Assembly (NCBI RefSeq): GCF_009914755.1
Contig: NC_060945.1
Reading direction: 5' to 3' (one strand)
Origin: the human T2T-CHM13v2.0 reference genome, Homo sapiens
DNA length: 64,000 bases
The position numbers were made by a program, and so were the translations under genes. Within the stretch, counting starts at the first letter, position 1, and each line of letters opens with the position of its first letter. Under the pieces are notes generated by a model that searched no databases, was not told where the DNA came from, and saw only the letters and a list, made by a program, of their open reading frames with translations. Shown here one piece after another: positions 55,000 through 64,000 of the stretch.

Positions 55000-55600
55000 T
55001 TATAGAGAATCAAACAGGTAGTTTTTATTCTAGTGAGAGAAGACAGAATATACTCAATAAAATGAAGTACGTAATCCATTTCAAATTATGATAAACCTAT
55101 AAATGAACCAAAAGGGTGATGCGATTGAGAGTAACTAGTGGGAGCTTACCTTATATGTAGGGTGGTTGGAAAGACTCTTCTGAGATGACATTTGAACTGA
55201 GACCTTAAGTTTGAGGAGGAGCTAGCCACCTGAATGAGCCAGGAACAGCGTTCCTGGAAGAGAGTAAAGAAGGACAAAGGCCCAGCTAGGAAGGACCTGG
55301 CAGAGAAGGGCTCCTGAAGAAACTGAAAGGAAACTCATGTTGCTGGGGCCTAATGAGCAATCTGGAAAGTAAGCAGGCCAAATCTAGTAGGGCCTTGGGT
55401 CATCGTAAGTAGTTTAGATATGCAGTGCGTAGGAAATCCTTGGGGAATCTGAAGCAGAAGAGTGGCGTGTTCTGATTTAAGGTTTAAAAAGAACACTTGG
55501 CTTTTTGAGTTGAGAAAGTATTGAAGTGGGAAGCCCAGTTAGGAGTTTTTGCAGCAAGAGGTAAGGATGGTGGTAGTTAGATGGAGAGGCCAGGGAAGCT
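55000..55600 (-). mobile_element. L2 fragment
   Basis: TCTGAGATGACATTTGAACTGAGACCT, GCGTTCCTGGAAGAG, GAAGCAGAAGAGTGGCGTG.TCTGATTTA. Confidence 0.7.
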
Positions 55601-55607
55601 TCAGAGT

Positions 55608-55646
55608 CTGTGTGTGTGTGAGTGTGCGTATGTGTGTGCGTGTGTA
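55608..55646. repeat. (TG)n microsatellite, interrupted
   Basis: Seen directly. Confidence 0.85.
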
Positions 55647-56280
55647 TAAGGAACAGCTAAACAACTTGCTGTTGGAGTGGGTGCTACTGAGAGCTAAGTA
55701 CTGCTAGCTGCTGCAGAGGCCGTGTAGAGCAGAACAGAGCTGATCTTTGCCTTCACAGGTGTTTGACAGTTCTGTTCGTTTCTGAGGTGTGTACCAAAAT
55801 AAAGTAGGCTAAGAGCATTTGACTTTAAGATTTGTGGAGCTCGGGGGTGTTGAGGGGGATGCAGCAAAAAACAGAGTCTGTTAATAACCCTTGTTTTATA
55901 TTGCTTAATAACCTGTAGTCTCTGTTAGTGGGTCAAAGGAGAGGCAGCAGCAGATGATCTTTAAGGTATCTGTCTTTGAGTTAGAAAAACATAGCTTGAG
56001 GAAGTTATGTAGCTTCCCTACAGACTTACAGCTAATAGTAGAACCAGACTTTTAGGTGAGCTCATGCACACAACAAGTCTTAGCACACTGCCTAGTATAT
56101 GTCTAGAGCTCAATAAATGGTAACTTTTAGTAATACCCACTTAGATATTGTTATATCTATTAATTCAGGCCAAATATCTACATTAAAATTTTTCTTATCT
56201 CAATTTCTTTGTTCTTTTGTGTTAATCAGGGAGGGAATTGGCATGTAGTCATCCATTTTGTTTGTGAAATATATTTGTTC

Positions 56281-56778
<498 letters not shown>

Positions 56779-57464
56779 TTCTTTCAATATCGTACTTTAT
56801 TAGAGGTAGGATAGGTTAACTAAAAAGCTTTTTCCTTAGCTTCCATTTGTTTCTCTGTCTTTAAGTAAGATGTCATGATGTCAAAAGAGGCTGCAAATAA
56901 AATACCTTGTCAGTGGCATTCCCCCAGGTTAGATCTTAACCAAAAGGCTGAGAAGCAGTAGCTTTTTTCCCCCCAAAGGGAAGAATGCTTAGGTTATTTT
57001 ACAGGAGAAAATCCATTCCAGTATAGCACCACTCTGGTCTTGTACAAATTACATAATTCACTTAGATAATTTCTAGTCTTTCCTCTCCTGGATGGTGGAC
57101 TCTGTAATAAGTTTAGGAGGTCGGCTTTCTTTAAATTATCCCCAGGTTGGAGGATTTTAGGTGTCGGGATGCCCAGGGTGGTTGTCCTTCTTAGCCTTGT
57201 CTTACCTAACATACTTTTAGAATTGGTCTAGAGCTGGACAACTTTGTGGGAACTGGAGTGACCTAATTTGCTTCAGTTTAATAACTAATATTTTAGCATT
57301 TAAATGTCATAGAGGCATTGCCCTATCCCATACTTTTGTATCAGGAGGTTTCATTATTTTATCAGTTAAAAATTGCATATTTTGTAGGATCCTTTTTCTG
57401 CTTTGGTGAAATGTAGGCTTCACCTCTATTGTGATGCTTGGTGGATTCATTCTTGCTCATCTGA

Positions 57465-57809
<345 letters not shown>

Positions 57810-59254
57810 ATTTTTAGCTTTTTTTCCAATGTAGCTTAGGCCACCTTGAACACCTTTGCATAACACATTTTGGTTATGCAAAGGTTGTGGGCCAAAAGCC
57901 AGGAGTTCCTGCTGAGAGGAAAAATTACTTGTTTTTTGGCAGGTTAGTATTTGAAATTTTGTTGCAAGATTTTCCTGTTGAGTAAATATGTGTGTGTTTA
58001 TTTAATATGAGAAGATTTAAAAAGGAACTTAAATAGATCAATTTCATTTTGCAATATTTTATTACCTGTTTGCAATATGTAAGAGGCTAGTTCTGGGTTT
58101 ATCTGTATAATTCAGTTAGAAGTGCTATTGTCTTTTATGACAGTGATGTATAATTATTACTATATTATTCTCATCCTAAAACATTATATGTTGATATGTA
58201 AGAGATGAGGAAGTTGCTCATAAAATCTTGATCGGATTTCTTAAACTATTCATAGAATTGTTTTAGTTCATGAGTCAACCATGTAACTACCCTGAGTTAA
58301 TGAGTTTTGGTGCTAAGAACTGAAATTATAATTTGATACTGCCACTTAAGGTGCTCCCTTCCCCTTCAGTCTGAACTTTAGATTCTTTCATTTCAGTGGG
58401 TTTCAAATGTAAAGTATTCTGCCGAGGTATCTTAGTGAACCAGGACTGGAGTGAAAGGTGGAGGGAGGGATGGGGAAAGGCAGGGGGAGCCTGAAAAAAT
58501 GAATCCTAGGTCTCCCATTCTCACTAGATCAGAATGTTTCTCCATTGTACCTTTTGTACATTTAGCTTTCATTTAAGACTTCTGAGGAAAACATTCTGGT
58601 TAAAAAACAAGATCTGAGCACTGTTGCTGTGTATCTCGTGGACAAGTTTTGAGGAAGGAGGTTGTGGTGGTCTCCAGGCTGCAGTTCATGTGACGACAGG
58701 AAGGGCTTGCTTTGACCTGTAAATTTGTATGCCGGTAGGGGCTAATTTCCTGACTTTGCTAGTTTTTTTTTTTTTTTCCTTCTGTATTGGGCGAATAGTA
58801 CTTTTAAATAAAACTAATTTTTTTTGTTTTTTTTGAGATAATAAAGTTGAACTTCATTAAAGTCATACCACAAAACTAGGACAACAGGAAGGATTACTGA
58901 AATGAGGGAAAAAATGGAGAAGTCACTTAACTTGTGACTTTGAGTGACATTGTTTGTAATTGTTGAACTCAGGACTCACCATAGCTGAAAGTTAAACAAT
59001 GTGCATTAAAAAATTGTACCTCATGGGTTTCTAATCATTTAGGCCACTGTTAGAAAAAAATGGGATGACCCTGGGTTAAAATCTTTTTTTTTTTTGCCTC
59101 TGCATTCCACTTATAGCTTTATTTATTTGGGATGTCTGAGTTGGGAGGAGAGCACAGAGATAGATCACTTAAAGCATGTTTTAGGACAGCAGATCAGAAT
59201 TAGTTGGAAAACTTTTACAAAATGCATGAACGTTCATATAGTGAAATACTCTGT

Positions 59255-59539
59255 TTTTGGACAGAGTTTCATTCTTGTTGCCCAGGCTGGAGTGCAATGG
59301 CACGACCTCAGCTCACCGCAACCTCTGCCCCTGGTTTCAAGCGATTCTCCTTCCTCAGCCTCTCGAGTAGCTGGGATTACAGGCATGTGCCACCATGCCT
59401 GGCTAATTTTTGTATTTTCAGTAGAGACGGGGTTTCAGCATGTTGGTGAGGCTGGTCTCGAACTCTTGACCTCAGGTGATCCACCCGCCTCAGCCTCCCA
59501 AAATGCTGGGATTACAGGCGTGAGCCACCACATCTGGCC
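59255..59539 (-). mobile_element. AluSq/Sp-like
   Basis: TCTTGTTGCCCAGGCTGGAGTGCAATGG; TSD CATATAGTGAAATACTCT/CATGTAGTGAAATTCTCT. Confidence 0.93.
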
Positions 59540-59606
59540 CATGTAGTGAAATTCTCTTTAGCAATAGAAAGAACCATAGATGCATGAGAATAATTGCCAA
59601 GATGTA

Positions 59607-59905
59607 TTTTTTTTGGGGGGGGGGGGCGGAGTCTCGCTCTGTCACCCAGGCTGGAGGTTGGTGATGTGATCTTGGCTTACTGAAAGCTCTGCCACCTGGG
59701 TTCATGCCTTTCTCCCCACCTCAGCGTCTTGAGTAGCTGGGACTACAGGCGCCCACCACCATGCCTGGCTAACTTTTTTGTATTTTTAATAGAGACGGTG
59801 TTTCACTGTGTTAGCCAGGATGATCTTGATCTCCTGACCTCATGATCCACCCTCCTCAGCCTCCCAAAGTGCTGGGATTACAGGCATGAGCCACTGCACC
59901 AGGCC
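59607..59905 (-). mobile_element. AluY-like with a G12 tract at the tail junction
   Basis: Full dimer; TSD CCAAGATGTATT/CCGAGATGTATT. Confidence 0.93.
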
Positions 59906-60550
59906 AACCGAGATGTATTAAGTAATAAAAGCAAGATACAGAACAGTGTGTTTCTAGTATGCCACCATTTACATAGGGGAAAAAGTGTGATTGTATGTAT
60001 GTGTGGGATATTTCTAAAGGACACTCTAGAAACTAGTAACTTTGGTTGCCTTCTGGGAGGGTAACTGGGTAGCAGCTGGAGGAGAAGGGCAAGGAGATTT
60101 TTCACTTTGTATTCTGTGGTACTTTTAAAAACTCTTAAGTCCTGCATATAATCTTTATTTCTAAAAAGATCAACCCTCCCCACAGTGCCACATGTTGGCT
60201 TTTCCCCTTCCACCTGGAGCAGTTGCAGATGTATAGATGAGGAGAAAGCTCCTCAGGTGGTTTTAATGTGTGGTCTCACGGAACATCTCACCTTCTCCTA
60301 GTTCACTACCTGCTGAGAAGGCCGCAAAGCATTGCAGAAAACATTAGTTTTTCCCATTTTGCCACAGACAATTTTGTGATATTGGAGGAATTATTGACTT
60401 TCTCTGATCTTCACATTTCTCACCTGTCAAATCAGTGTTAGTTGGGTAATCTCAACCTTCCAATCCTTAAGATTTGCTGACCTCCATGCCTCGGGCCTTG
60501 GAAGGGAACAGGGAGAAAACAGACTGAGGGACAGCTGGTCAGTCTTCTGA

Positions 60551-61606
<1,056 letters not shown>

Positions 61607-62411
61607 ATAAGTTTTGTTTTAAAGTTAGATTGAATGACAATTCCCTAGAAAATTTTATTTTCTAAACCTAACTAACTGGATAAAGAATATATTGATAAAA
61701 ACTGGGAAATTGATCAATTTGTCATACTGAATTATTTTTTGAATTTGCCCTCTTCCCAAATACCTTGAAATGATGGAAACAAAATTAAAACTTTACTAAT
61801 AAAGTATTAAATGGGTGAAGATTTTATATATATAAAATTATATCTGTTATATTTTTATGTATGCAATTATATAGTTTTCATCTTATATTTAAATTCTATT
61901 TTTTTAAAACCACCCAATTAGGTAATAATAGAACTCCGGTCTTAAAGTAAGAGTGTATGTACACACATGCACATGTGTATATGTGTATATAAAATTTTTG
62001 TCATGGGAGTTTTATATATAATTAAGATAGAAATTATATATTATTGCACACATTTTTACACATATGTAATATTCTCTACCATATGTATGTAAAATACACC
62101 CATATGAATTATGTATAACATAAATATTTGTGTTATCCTGAAACATAAACGTAGATAATCATGTTTTAGAATGGGAATACTCAGGAGTATAGGGGTACCT
62201 GTTCTCCCATTAGTCAGTCTGTGAATTCAATATTTATGTTTTCTCATCCAGAATTTCTCTGGGACCTGACAAGCTGACTCTCATGCTTGTGTGTAAGAGG
62301 AAATGTTCTAGAATAGCTGGGAAGGTGGTGAAAGTAGCAGCAACAACGAAGCACAGTGAGGTGAAACTTGCCCTGCTGGATATGAAACCTCGTAATACTA
62401 GAGTAATTTGA

Positions 62412-62868
<457 letters not shown>

Positions 62869-63364
62869 TAACAAATATCCATCTACCTACCATCTGTGAT
62901 TACAAAACTTAGTATTTTATCATCCTTGCTTCACAATTATTTAATAAAGACAATACTTCCTCTGCACAAATGCTTACCTTAAAACTACTCTTGAATTCTT
63001 TTCACAATTGACTTATCAACTCCCAAATTTAAAACCATGTATTTTTGTCTTTATATGCCTTAGACATTTATAGAAAGGTATTTACTGAGCAGTTACTATG
63101 TGCCAGATATTATGCTGTTTTTATATACTGTTTTTACTTTATATAGCTAATTATATTATTTGTCACATACTAACCTATTTTAAATATAAAAAGAAATGAT
63201 GCATTAATGTTTTCAAACCTTGGTAACTTTTATTAAGTAAATACCTGAGAGGAAGCTTTTCCTGGTAATTGTGGTTTTATTTATGTATCTATAGTTATAA
63301 TTTATTAGAAGTACACTTGGTGTTTTAGTTCTTATTAATTCTATTTTTTTCCCATCCTGTTTAG

Positions 63365-63542
63365 ATGGTTTCCTAGAAACATGATTGTTTATTGGCGTTG
63401 ATCTCGCAGTCTGGTGAGAACTTCTTTACTGATAATGTCAAGTTCAGTTTATCCTCCCAACCAAGGAGCATTCAGCACAGAACAAAGTCGTTCTCCTCCT
63501 CACTCTGTAAAGTATACGTTTCCCAGCACCCACCACCAGCAG
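63365..63542 (+). pseudogene. NCOR1P: Unprocessed NCOR1 paralog/pseudogene (NCOR1P family; copy not identifiable), first coding exon; ATG at 63435
   Basis: Polypyrimidine tract and TTTAG acceptor, 70-nt leader, 36 open codons MSSSVYPPNQGAFSTEQSRSPPHSVKYTFPSTHHQQ (31/36 identical to the recalled NCOR1 N-terminus MSSSGYPPNQGAFSTEQSRYPPHSVQYTFPNTRHQQ), donor CAG/GTAAGG. Confidence 0.93.
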
Positions 63543-64000
63543 GTAAGGAACAAATGCTATGCAAATTGCACGTTTTTTTGTTTTTCTTTACTTTTCCTAT
63601 TTAATACACATGTTGGTAGAAACCACCAAATTTGCCTTTTTTTTTAAGTGGCAAGAGCTATTTACAAAGACAAGGAACCAAAGGTTGGGAATTAATTATT
63701 TCTGTCTTCTTACTGTGGCTTTATGCCGATTTCAGGAGTTGAACTTGTCTTTGTTTTGATGACAGGAGTTGATGATAAATAGAAAACTTATCAATTCTCT
63801 AGAATTTCTAGGGTAAGACCTATATTTATACTCCCAAGTTGTGGTTGAGTTTTAAGCTGGCTAGATAACTTGGCATGTCTTGAGTGATGGCCAGGATAAA
63901 GACCTCTGTCTTCTTGAGAGATTGATGGTAGGAAGATTTGCATAGTAGGTAGGAAGGAAGGAAGGGATGGTAGATAGGAAGGAAGACTTTATTATAGGAA

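Noticed and set aside
63365-63542. The canonical NCOR1 gene
   Set aside because: Five substitutions in a normally conserved exon, and no NCOR1 exon 1 or CpG-island promoter upstream; unrelated sequence blocks lie there instead
63414-63647. 77-aa ORF as a single-exon gene
   Set aside because: Similarity to NCOR1 starts at ATG 63435 and stops exactly at the donor at 63543; the remainder is intron read-through

Overview
Primate (most likely human) genomic DNA with no intact protein-coding gene; it reads as a three-part segmental-duplication mosaic. (1) About 1-42,000: AT-rich, Alu-poor DNA with old L1/L2/MIR fragments, MaLR and ERV1 LTRs, a near full-length HSMAR2 mariner and a MADE1. (2) About 42,800-48,700: a GC-skewed module resembling the REP522/BAGE exon-1 repeat. 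Its core is an 84-bp-arm palindrome with 3+3 mirror CCAAT boxes, an octamer-TATA-Inr set on the right, a decayed TATA-Inr on the left, homologous BAGE-like leader units on both sides and a consensus splice donor at 44,809. A MER85 piggyBac MITE and an ERV1 internal fragment follow. (3) About 48,740-64,000: Alu-dense DNA ending in a copy of the first coding exon of NCOR1 (63,365-63,542; MSSSVYPPNQGAFSTEQSRSPPHSVKYTFPSTHHQQ) with intact splice sites, but with no recognisable NCOR1 exon 1 or CpG-island promoter upstream. The main hypothesis is a promoter-swap chimeric gene: a palindromic, bidirectional, histone-H2B-like promoter driving a truncated NCOR1 paralog rightward and a lncRNA leftward, analogous to how BAGE genes joined a related first exon to KMT2C/MLL3 fragments. 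Repeat and gene names come from recalled consensus sequences, not from searches; transcription is inferred, not observed.
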